Assembly (NCBI RefSeq): GCF_041248615.1 | Contig: NZ_CP158426.1 | Length of the DNA stretch: 64,000 bases | Reading direction: 5' to 3' (one strand) | From: Escherichia coli | Lineage (GTDB): Bacteria > Pseudomonadota > Gammaproteobacteria > Enterobacterales > Enterobacteriaceae | Shown here: one piece after another, positions 8,371 to 15,577 of the stretch | Position numbering within the stretch: the stretch's first letter is position 1 | Layout: each line of letters starts with the position of its first letter | The notes under the pieces: generated by a model | The model's input: the letters and a program-made list of their open reading frames with translations, nothing else | What the model was told of the DNA's origin: nothing | Databases searched by the model: none | Position numbers and translations under genes: made by a program

Positions 8371-8975
8371 GCGAGAAGCCCAATGCTGCGGGATTGATTG
8401 TATCCGGTGATAAAAACCCGAATTGGAAGGGTGGGAAAATCGAAAAGGTTTGTTCCGTATGTGGCAGGCAATATCAGGTTAAGCGAGCCAACTCATCTTC
8501 AAGGTTCTGCTCACTTCAGTGTGTAGGAATTTCACAGCGAGGCAAGACGGTAAATCGGGAACTAAAGCGAGTATTAAAAATATGCTGCGTATGCGGATCT
8601 TCGTTCTCCGTTTTCTTGAGTCATGAGAAGCGTCATAAATGCTGCTCGAAACAGTGTTCCAACATAATGCGTTCTTCTCTGATGAAGGGGGAAGGAAATC
8701 CAAACTGGTCTGGTGGATTATCGAGATTGCCGTATCCGTGGGATTTCCGAGAAACGAGCAAGAGGGTTATTGAGCGAGATGGTTTTACTTGTCAGAACCC
8801 AGGTTGTGATGGAACAGACAAAAGGCTAACAACTCATCACATCAATTACGACAAGCAAGACTGTCGTCAGGAGAACCTTATTTGCCTTTGTTCGAGCTGT
8901 AACTCGAAGGCTAATTTCGGTCGGCATAAGTGGCAAAAGTTTTATGAATCACTGATGAAAAATAGATCGGCATGA
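8367..8975 (+). CDS. HNH endonuclease with N-terminal zinc-ribbon repeats
   Basis: C-terminal HNH motif (TTHHINYDKQDCRQENLICLCSSCNSKAN). Two NPNW(K/S)GG motifs and several CxxC clusters. Confidence 0.75.
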   Translation: MSEKPNAAGLIVSGDKNPNWKGGKIEKVCSVCGRQYQVKRANSSSRFCSLQCVGISQRGKTVNRELKRVLKICCVCGSSFSVFLSHEKRHKCCSKQCSNIMRSSLMKGEGNPNWSGGLSRLPYPWDFRETSKRVIERDGFTCQNPGCDGTDKRLTTHHINYDKQDCRQENLICLCSSCNSKANFGRHKWQKFYESLMKNRSA

Positions 8976-9036
8976 ATCGACGATCTTTTTAGTTATCAAT
9001 GTAATCAATAAGTTATGCGGATAAGCGAGGGTAAAG

Positions 9037-9618
9037 ATGGAAAGTAATATCAAAGGGTTAGTTGCCGCCGGGCATGAGATGGCTTCGGAACTGAAAGCAG
9101 AATGTGGTGCCGTTGATATGCGTAGTGTGGCAAAGCTGATCAGCGATTTGGCAACGCAACTGGAAGTGCAACTGGTGCGTGCTAATGCGCTGGCCGAAGA
9201 CCAACAGAAAGCGATTGAGTCAATTAAGCAGGCTGATTCGGCTGTTAAGTTGGCACACGAGAAGTTTTCGGCGCTGGCAGCGGAGAATGCAAAGCTGAAG
9301 AAGTTCTGCAAAGACGCTGCATTCGATGCCGATTACGAAGCAGAGCTAGGTATGGAGAGAGGTGGATTCAGTGATGCGCTTAACGAAATCAAAACCCCAG
9401 CCACCGATGCTTTCCTGGCTGAAGTGCGGGCGCAGGGCGTGGATGCTGCTATAGAAGCTGCAAAAAATCTGGTGGCCCAAGAATATGAGTATAAGGATTT
9501 CAAAGCGGCGCAGAGTGATTGCTGTATGCACCCTGGTTCAGACCTGGTAGGGAAGGTTGAAATAACTGAGTGGTTAGTTGACTTTGCTGCCCAGCTTCGC
9601 AAAGGAGGCAACCAGTGA
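9037..9618 (+). CDS. Ead/Ea22-like protein
   Basis: Coiled-coil protein whose ATDAFLAEVRAQGVD...FAAQLR tail is typical of Ea22-like prophage proteins. Confidence 0.6.
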   Translation: MESNIKGLVAAGHEMASELKAECGAVDMRSVAKLISDLATQLEVQLVRANALAEDQQKAIESIKQADSAVKLAHEKFSALAAENAKLKKFCKDAAFDADYEAELGMERGGFSDALNEIKTPATDAFLAEVRAQGVDAAIEAAKNLVAQEYEYKDFKAAQSDCCMHPGSDLVGKVEITEWLVDFAAQLRKGGNQ

Positions 9619-10100
9619 CTGGACATGCAGCAATCCTCGACATGTGCTGTGGCAGTCGCATGTTCTGGTTCGATAAGAATGACGACCGGGCGATATTTAG
9701 CGATATCAGAAAGGAAGAGCACACATTGTGTGATGGACGACGGCTGATAATTAGCCCTGACCTGATAGCAGATTTTCGTGCATTACCATTTGCAGACGCA
9801 TCGTTTCCGGTTGTTGTATTCGACCCTCCGCATCTTGAGCGTGTTGGTGATAACGCTTGGATGGGAAAGAAATATGGACGGCTGAATAAAGATACCTGGC
9901 GTGATGATTTGCAGCAGGGATTTAAAGAAGCCTTTCGTGTGTTGTGGCCATACGGCGTTCTGATTTTTAAATGGAATGAAACGCAAATACCTGTTCGCCA
10001 AATATTGGCACTGACCGACAGAAAGCCTGTTATCGGTCAACGAACAGGAAAGGGTGACAAGACCCACTGGATTATTTTTATGAAGGAGGGCAACCAGTGA
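9615..10100 (+). CDS. SAM-dependent DNA methyltransferase (DPPH motif)
   Basis: LDMCCGS (SAM-binding motif I) and VVFDPPH (catalytic motif IV). GTG start 6 nt after an AGGAGG RBS. Confidence 0.7.
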   Translation: MTGHAAILDMCCGSRMFWFDKNDDRAIFSDIRKEEHTLCDGRRLIISPDLIADFRALPFADASFPVVVFDPPHLERVGDNAWMGKKYGRLNKDTWRDDLQQGFKEAFRVLWPYGVLIFKWNETQIPVRQILALTDRKPVIGQRTGKGDKTHWIIFMKEGNQ

Positions 10101-10864
10101 GCAAAATTGACTATCAGGCACTGCGTGAAAAGGCAGAGAAAGCAACGTGTGGTGTGTGGTCGCTCGAATATGGAGAGAGCCGATTTGATTGTGATGATGC
10201 GCTAATTCATCGTGACGTTGTTGGATATCTTCCCATTTGCAGAATTGAAGGAGCGCATCCTGAAAGCGGTTTCGATGAAGATTTCCAGATGGAACAGCAG
10301 GCCAATGCTGAATTTATTGCTGCCTTTAATCCAAAGGTTGCTTTGGCACTACTGGATGAACGGAAAAAAAACCAGCAATACATCAAATCCCGCGACCAGG
10401 AGAACGAGGATATTGCGCTAACGGTAGGGAAGCTGCGCGTTGAGCTGGAAGCAGCAAAAAAGCGCATAGCAGAACTGGAGAAAAGCGAAGAGCAACTCAT
10501 CAACGAGCGTGACCATGCTGAGTCTGCTTTAGCTGATATGTACTTTGCAGCAACCGGGGATAGGCCTGAGTGGAGTAACTGGTTCGGCTTTTCAGATGCC
10601 GTCGATGCCGTAGTTGACAGAATTGCTGATTTAGAAGCTAAACAATGCATTGAAGAGATGAGTAAACAAAGTTGCGAAGCTCGGGAGCGTGATTTGTTTG
10701 AATCATGGGTAATGCATTCAATTTGTATTTCCAAATCGACGCTTGAAGGATTGCGCACCGAAACTGGATACCGTAACGCGACCTTATCAGGAACAGACTT
10801 CAACCGCATGTGGGAACAATGGAAATCTATCCGCGCCGCTGGCATTCGCATCAAAGGAGAGTGA
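10097..10864 (+). CDS. Ead/Ea22-like protein (second copy)
   Basis: ANAEFIAAFNPKVALALLDE motif followed by a coiled coil. Confidence 0.6.
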   Translation: MSKIDYQALREKAEKATCGVWSLEYGESRFDCDDALIHRDVVGYLPICRIEGAHPESGFDEDFQMEQQANAEFIAAFNPKVALALLDERKKNQQYIKSRDQENEDIALTVGKLRVELEAAKKRIAELEKSEEQLINERDHAESALADMYFAATGDRPEWSNWFGFSDAVDAVVDRIADLEAKQCIEEMSKQSCEARERDLFESWVMHSICISKSTLEGLRTETGYRNATLSGTDFNRMWEQWKSIRAAGIRIKGE

Positions 10865-10865
10865 T

Positions 10866-11414
10866 ATGACCACTATAACCGATAAGAAACAGTATCCCAG
10901 CGAGCAATATCTTAATGAGCTGATCACCAACATAGAGTTTGCTGCAAGGGCACCAGTTGAAGTCGTGAGAGCGATGGCAGCAGAGCTACAGAAGCGGCGC
11001 GAAGCTGATAGTGCAGAACCTGCAAGTAATCATGAAGAGTTGCCGCTTGATTATCTCCAAGGTCAAAAAGATGGTCTTGAATGGGCTGCGCAGCTTGCAG
11101 AAGCAAATCACCCACAAACTGGCGACTGGCTTTACGATGACCCGCTGGAGCTGGCTAAAGCTATCAGAAAAGGTCCTGACATGCCCGAATTCGATGGACC
11201 AACTCCGGTAACTCCGGATGGTTGGATAAGCTGTAGTGAGCGAATGCCCGCTCAAGATGATTGGATTTTAATTTATTCAAAGCACGGCGAGTATATGGCA
11301 GGACAGGTACAAGGGGAATACGTGGAGTTGAGCGACGGCACTTTATCGTGGTTAGGGAACGCCTTGTACTGGATGCCTCTACCGGAACCGCCGCAGGAGG
11401 TTAACCGTGGCTAA
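10866..11414 (+). CDS. DUF551 domain protein
   Basis: ATG at 10866 after a GGAG RBS. The C-terminal WISCSERMP...WMPLPEPP is typical of DUF551. Confidence 0.65.
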   Translation: MTTITDKKQYPSEQYLNELITNIEFAARAPVEVVRAMAAELQKRREADSAEPASNHEELPLDYLQGQKDGLEWAAQLAEANHPQTGDWLYDDPLELAKAIRKGPDMPEFDGPTPVTPDGWISCSERMPAQDDWILIYSKHGEYMAGQVQGEYVELSDGTLSWLGNALYWMPLPEPPQEVNRG

Positions 11415-11688
11415 CCTGCAACTAGCCGTTAAAGGTGAATACTTCGATGCCATCATTCGCGGAGAGAAAACGGAAGAGTATCGCCTGTGTAATGACTACT
11501 GGAATAAGCGAATTATGTTCAGGGATTATGACCGACTGATTATCACAAAGGGATATCCGAAGCGCGACGACTCCAGTCGTAGAATTGACGTCCCGTATGA
11601 CGGATATGAAATCAAGACAATCACACATCCCCACTTCGGCGATAAACCGGTAAAGGTATACGCGATAAAGGTAAATATTGATGGCTAA
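11407..11688 (+). CDS. ASCH/PUA-like domain protein
   Basis: VKGEYFDAIIRGEKTEEYR pattern; 93 aa. Confidence 0.55.
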   Translation: MANLQLAVKGEYFDAIIRGEKTEEYRLCNDYWNKRIMFRDYDRLIITKGYPKRDDSSRRIDVPYDGYEIKTITHPHFGDKPVKVYAIKVNIDG

Positions 11689-12019
11689 ATCAGCAGCAGA
11701 GCGCAAAGCCGCTCAGAGAGCCAGACAAGCTGCATCTGGTGTGCGTAAGCTGGAGATTGTGCTTGATGCTCAGGAAATTGAAATGCTGGAGCGTAACTGC
11801 GCCGCCCGGCGCCCTGGTCGAGATCCCTATGAAATGGCCGAGTACATCGCGCTGCTGATCCGCCAGGATGATGCCCGGGTGCGCGGGCGTATAAAATCGA
11901 TCAGCAGAAAACGTTGCGGTAAGTGCGGCGAGAGAGTTCCAGTTAATTCATGCCCGTGCAATGGTGACTCGCAATGCTGGGTGACTAAAGGCTGGCATGA
12001 AACGAAATTAATAGTGTGA
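11681..12019 (+). CDS. Hypothetical protein with C-terminal Cys cluster (possible late regulator)
   Basis: CGKCGERVPVNSCPCNGDSQC. It is the last gene before the terminase operon. The regulatory role is only inferred. Confidence 0.5.
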   Translation: MAKSAAERKAAQRARQAASGVRKLEIVLDAQEIEMLERNCAARRPGRDPYEMAEYIALLIRQDDARVRGRIKSISRKRCGKCGERVPVNSCPCNGDSQCWVTKGWHETKLIV

Positions 12020-12027
12020 CATGTCAC
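12016..12027. repeat. Perfect palindrome GTGACATGTCAC (copy 1 of 3)
   Basis: Exact 12-mer, also present at 14281 and 31824. Confidence 0.9.
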
Positions 12028-12068
12028 GAGTAGATTATGCATGATGAATTTGATGTGTTTTGAATACT

Positions 12069-12094
12069 GCCGCCAACTATGGCGGCTTTATTTT
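12069..12094 (+). terminator. Rho-independent terminator ending the early-right region
   Basis: GCCGCC-AACTAT-GGCGGC followed by TTTATTTT. Confidence 0.75.
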
Positions 12095-12104
12095 GCATGG
12101 TACT

Positions 12105-12139
12105 ATTACCACAACGGTAACTATTACCACGGTGGTTAT
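12105..12139. promoter_or_regulatory. Two operator-type sites upstream of terS
   Basis: ATTACCACAACGGTAAC (12105) and ATTACCACGGTGGTTAT (12123). They lie within the direct repeat ACTATTACCAC x2. Confidence 0.5.
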
Positions 12140-12734
12140 GATGCCTGCTGAACCTAAAACCTATAAACGCAAATCAACGCAATTTAAGCCACTAACAGCA
12201 ATGCAGGAGGCTTATTGCCAGTCATACATCAAAACGCCTGAAAACCAGACTCAGGCAGCGATTAACGCAGGATTCTCCCCAAATACAGCGGCAGTTAAAG
12301 CCAGTGTCATGATGCGCGATGAACGCATTCAAAAACGGATTGCCGAGTTGATGGAGGAGCGCAACAAACGAATGCGCGTCAGTGCTGATTACGTTCTCAT
12401 GCGCCTGGTGGAGATCGACCAGATGGACGTGATCGATATCCTCAACGACGATGGGAGCCTTAAACCAATCCGTGAGTGGCCGAAAATCTGGCGCACTACG
12501 CTTAGTGGCTTTGATCTGTCATCGACCATCATGAACATGAACGAGGATTCGATAGAGACAATCCTCAAAAAAATTAAATGGCCTGACAAGGTGAAGAACC
12601 TCGAACTGATTGGTAAGCACGTCGACGTCAACGCATTCAAAGAACGCCTGGATGTTAATGTGAATGTGACAATTGCTGATCGCATAGCGGCAGCCAGGAA
12701 GAGACTGAAAGAACGTCAGGATGGCAATCAGTGA
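12138..12734 (+). CDS. Terminase small subunit
   Basis: Terminase_2-like N-terminus (QEAYCQSYIKTPENQTQAAINAGFSPNTAAVKASVMM). It lies directly upstream of terL with a GTGA overlap. Confidence 0.8.
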   Translation: MMPAEPKTYKRKSTQFKPLTAMQEAYCQSYIKTPENQTQAAINAGFSPNTAAVKASVMMRDERIQKRIAELMEERNKRMRVSADYVLMRLVEIDQMDVIDILNDDGSLKPIREWPKIWRTTLSGFDLSSTIMNMNEDSIETILKKIKWPDKVKNLELIGKHVDVNAFKERLDVNVNVTIADRIAAARKRLKERQDGNQ

Positions 12735-14206
12735 CAGATACAGCGTTATCTCCTGAAGAGCAGTTAATCGAGGATATTGCAGGGTTCACTCACGATCCGC
12801 TTGGCTATGCCCTCTATGCGTTCCCGTGGGGGGAAGAGGGTACTGAACTGGCACATGCCACCGGTCCACGTCAGTGGCAGGCCGATGCGTTCCGAGAGAT
12901 ACGTGATCACCTGCAGAATCCAGAGACGCGATATCAGCCGCTTATGCTGGCACGTGCTTCTGGTCACGGTATTGGTAAATCCGCATTCATCTCAATGCTG
13001 ATCAACTGGGGCATGTCCACTTGCGAGGATTGTAAGGTCGTGGTGACCGCCAACACCGACAACCAGCTACGAACGAAGACCTGGCCGGAAATTATCAAGT
13101 GGTCGAACCTTGCTATCACGAAAGACTGGTTTACCTGTACCGCTACCGCGATGTACAGCAATGACCCTGGGCACGACAAGCGGTGGCGAGCTGACGCAAT
13201 CCCCTGGTCTGAGCACAACACTGAGGCATTCGCCGGACTACACAACGAGCGCAAACGCATCATCGTGGTATTCGACGAAGCATCCAACATTGCCGATCTG
13301 GTGTGGGAGGTAGCAGAGGGTGCGCTGACGGACGAAGACACTGAGATTATCTGGGTGGCATTCGGAAACCCTACACGTAACACCGGGCGTTTCCGCGAAT
13401 GTTTCCGCAAATATAAACACCGCTGGAAAACTGCGCAGATTGACAGCCGGACGGTGGAAGGCACTAACAAACAGCAGTTGCAGAAATGGGTTGATGACTA
13501 CGGGGAAGACAGCGACTTCGTTAAAATCCGTGTGCGCGGCATATTCCCGGATGCATCTGAATTGCAGTTTATCCCTACCGGCCTTACTGACGAGGCAATG
13601 AAACGGGTGGTAACCGCTGCGCAGGTTGCACATGCTCCGGTGATAATCGGCGTTGACCCGGCATACTCCGGCGTTGATGACGCTGTGATATACCTGCGGC
13701 AGGGGCTGCACAGTAAGGTGCTATGGACTGGTAACAAGACCACCGACGATCTGATTATGGCGAAGCGTATCGCTGACTTTGAAGACCAGTACCAGGCTGA
13801 CGCAGTGTTCATCGACTTCGGTTACGGAACTGGTCTGAAGTCAATCGGTGATGGCTGGGGACGTACATGGCAACTTGTTCCGTTCAGCGGTGCGTCCACT
13901 GACCCGCAGATGCTTAACAAGCGTGGGGAGATGTTCAACTCATGCAAGACATGGCTGAGGCTGGGCGGCATGCTGGATGACCAGGAAACAGCAGACGACC
14001 TGTCGGCGGCAGAGTACAAAGTTCGAGTGGACGGTAAAATCGTTATCGAACCGAAGGAAGATATCAAGGAGCGGCTTGGGCGTTCTCCTGGTAAAGGCGA
14101 TGCGCTACTGCTGACGTTTGCGTTCCCTGTGTCGAAGCGTCTGCGAATTCCCGGGCAGCAGAACCAGCAAGGCAAGGCCATCACAGATTACGATCCATAT
14201 GCTTAA
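12731..14206 (+). CDS. Terminase large subunit
   Basis: Walker A-like RASGHGIGKS, a Walker B/DE-like motif (IIVVFDEAS) and a C-terminal nuclease region; 491 aa. Confidence 0.9.
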   Translation: MTDTALSPEEQLIEDIAGFTHDPLGYALYAFPWGEEGTELAHATGPRQWQADAFREIRDHLQNPETRYQPLMLARASGHGIGKSAFISMLINWGMSTCEDCKVVVTANTDNQLRTKTWPEIIKWSNLAITKDWFTCTATAMYSNDPGHDKRWRADAIPWSEHNTEAFAGLHNERKRIIVVFDEASNIADLVWEVAEGALTDEDTEIIWVAFGNPTRNTGRFRECFRKYKHRWKTAQIDSRTVEGTNKQQLQKWVDDYGEDSDFVKIRVRGIFPDASELQFIPTGLTDEAMKRVVTAAQVAHAPVIIGVDPAYSGVDDAVIYLRQGLHSKVLWTGNKTTDDLIMAKRIADFEDQYQADAVFIDFGYGTGLKSIGDGWGRTWQLVPFSGASTDPQMLNKRGEMFNSCKTWLRLGGMLDDQETADDLSAAEYKVRVDGKIVIEPKEDIKERLGRSPGKGDALLLTFAFPVSKRLRIPGQQNQQGKAITDYDPYA

Positions 14207-14256
14207 TCCGCTGGTGGGGATAATACTGCTGATATCCTCTGGTGAGGATAAAACAA

Positions 14257-14280
14257 AGCCAGCTCATCGGCTGGCTGTTT
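14257..14280. terminator. Bidirectional terminator between terL and the gp49-like gene
   Basis: AGCCAGC-TCATCG-GCTGGCT flanked by AAAACAA on one side and GTTT on the other. Confidence 0.7.
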
Positions 14281-14292
14281 GTGACATGTCAC
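14281..14292. repeat. Perfect palindrome GTGACATGTCAC (copy 2 of 3)
   Basis: Exact 12-mer abutting the terminator. Confidence 0.9.
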
Positions 14293-14296
14293 GGTG

Positions 14297-14653
14297 TTAT
14301 TGCTCGCTTAACTTCTGCTTCAGCAAGTAACCTTCGAGCATCCAGATTTTGTTTACAGCATTCTGCCGGGCAATCTTCCGACCAATTTCTGCATCAAAAT
14401 TTTCCGGACTTGCACAGGCACTCTCTCCGGTGACGGTGAAGCCATTCTTCAGTACCAATACGCAGAAAGTCAGGAGGTCTGTAGATTTATGCGCTGTCCA
14501 TGAATCGCCAACACCCATATTGGCAGCACGAATGCCGTCATAAGCAGTAAAGAAATGCTCTTCAAGAATGATGCTTTCGATATATTGAGGCGTAACGCGC
14601 GGTGCCGTTTTGCCTTTCTCAACGATTTCTTTTTCGATTTGCTGGTCGTTCAT
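14297..14653 (-). CDS. N4 gp49 / Sf6 gp66-family protein
   Basis: LTFCVLVLKNGFTVTGESACASPENFDAEIGRKIARQNA is the hallmark of this family. Function is unknown. Confidence 0.8.
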   Translation of the reverse strand: MNDQQIEKEIVEKGKTAPRVTPQYIESIILEEHFFTAYDGIRAANMGVGDSWTAHKSTDLLTFCVLVLKNGFTVTGESACASPENFDAEIGRKIARQNAVNKIWMLEGYLLKQKLSEQ

Positions 14654-14766
14654 AATCTCACCTTAAAAAAATGCCCGGCGAACCTGGCGAACTGGAAGCA
14701 ATGAGTTATGCCTTCCGTGGCTGTACGGGTTTACAGCATGAAGTCATCGCAATGGCGTCCTGCTGT

Positions 14767-14809
14767 AAAAAAGGGCGGTGATAGTCCTTCAAGGGAAACT
14801 ATCACCGCC
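14767..14809 (-). terminator. Strong Rho-independent terminator downstream of the tRNA
   Basis: 12-bp stem GGCGGTGATAGT / ACTATCACCGCC, then CTTTTTT on the minus strand. Confidence 0.85.
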
Positions 14810-14852
14810 AAGCCCCTGGAACTTCTGGCATCACGGTCCTTAGGCGTGATTC

Positions 14853-14929
14853 TGGCGTGGCATGCAGGATTCGAACCTGCGACCAACCGCTTAGAAGGCG
14901 GTTGCTCTGTCCGACTGAGCTAATGCCAC
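14853..14929 (-). tRNA. tRNA-Arg (anticodon UCU) with encoded CCA
   Basis: Full cloverleaf folded by hand: acceptor GTGGCAT/ATGCCAC, D arm GCTC/GAGC, anticodon arm ACCGC-CTTCTAA-GCGGT, T arm GCAGG-TTCGAAT-CCTGC, discriminator G, CCA. Confidence 0.93.
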
Positions 14930-15245
14930 AACGCTGAGAGCACTTAGCCTGTTAAGGCGCCACACTTTGTCGCGGCTCCATAAATGCTCTCATCGTTGTA
15001 CCCTCGTCTCTTCCGAGGCGTCACACCGAATCGCCGGGATGGTGAATCCCCGTGCGCGGAATAAAACCGCTCGACTTGCACATTCCGGCTACCTGGTTCG
15101 TTTGCCCGAGCAAGGGAGGGTGCCCCTTAAACGTATCCAGACCGCTATCGGCGCATGTGCCATACACCGTACTGCTCAAAATAAAATCTCACTCCACCTG
15201 TTCAATTTAACGACAGGCCAGTCAGGTTAGTAACCGGAATGAACT
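14930..15245 (-). ncRNA. Candidate structured 5' leader / non-coding RNA upstream of tRNA-Arg
   Basis: About 320 nt with no credible ORF. It lies between the divergent promoter region and the tRNA and contains several stems, including a long-range stem 14936-14942/14985-14991 next to the tRNA 5' end. The class is unknown. Confidence 0.35.
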
Positions 15246-15250
15246 CTTTG

Positions 15251-15329
15251 GTTACCTGAAAGGTAATAATTTGTGCGTTAAATGTCAACTGTCTACGATA
15301 AATAAATCATATGTGGTTAAATTGGTAAT
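15251..15329. promoter_or_regulatory. Divergent control region upstream of the portal operon
   Basis: Operator GTTACCTGAAAGGTAAT (15251-15267) and variant GTGGTTAAATTGGTAAT (15313-15329) have centres 62 bp apart. CATATGTGGTT motif at 15308-15318. Confidence 0.5.
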
Positions 15330-15356
15330 AATTTAATTGCGTACGGAGTCATTGAT

Positions 15357-15563
15357 ATGTGCATGGGTAGCTCACCATCAGTGCCTGCAACACCAGAAGT
15401 TCAGGCAGCACCACAGGAGCAGGATGCCGCCGTTGTTGATGCCCGCGACGAAGAAACTCGTCGCCGTCGCGCTGCTGCTGGTCGTAGTTCTACGCTGCTT
15501 ACCGGTTCTCAGGGCGACACATCAACCGCTAATACCAGCGGTAAAACGCTGCTTGGTCAGTAA
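15357..15563 (+). CDS. Small hypothetical virion-module protein (68 aa)
   Basis: GGAG RBS 8 nt upstream. Low-complexity Ala/Arg-rich protein. Preferred over the overlapping 15337 frame. Confidence 0.6.
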   Translation: MCMGSSPSVPATPEVQAAPQEQDAAVVDARDEETRRRRAAAGRSSTLLTGSQGDTSTANTSGKTLLGQ

Positions 15564-15577
15564 CCGGAGTCATTGAA

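Noticed and set aside
12016-12027. GTGACATGTCAC read as a CRP site (TGTGA...TCACA).
   Set aside because: The spacing between the half-sites is 4 bp rather than the 6 bp a CRP site needs. Only one copy has the flanking T/A.
14967-15230. An 87-aa plus-strand ORF (and the 71-aa ORF at 14708-14923) in the tRNA region.
   Set aside because: The 87-aa ORF has a TTG start, no RBS and an implausible composition. The 71-aa ORF overlaps the tRNA and its terminator. Both are treated as non-coding.
14930-15245. A possible second tRNA, tRNA pseudogene or retron msr/msd in the leader.
   Set aside because: No acceptor, D or T-arm cloverleaf with a GTTCGA-type T loop could be folded. No reverse transcriptase gene is present anywhere in the window.
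15337-15576. An alternative 79-aa frame overlapping the 68-aa gene upstream of the portal gene.
   Set aside because: It has a TTG start without an RBS and an Arg/His/Leu-rich product typical of an off-frame translation. The 15357 frame has a GGAG RBS.
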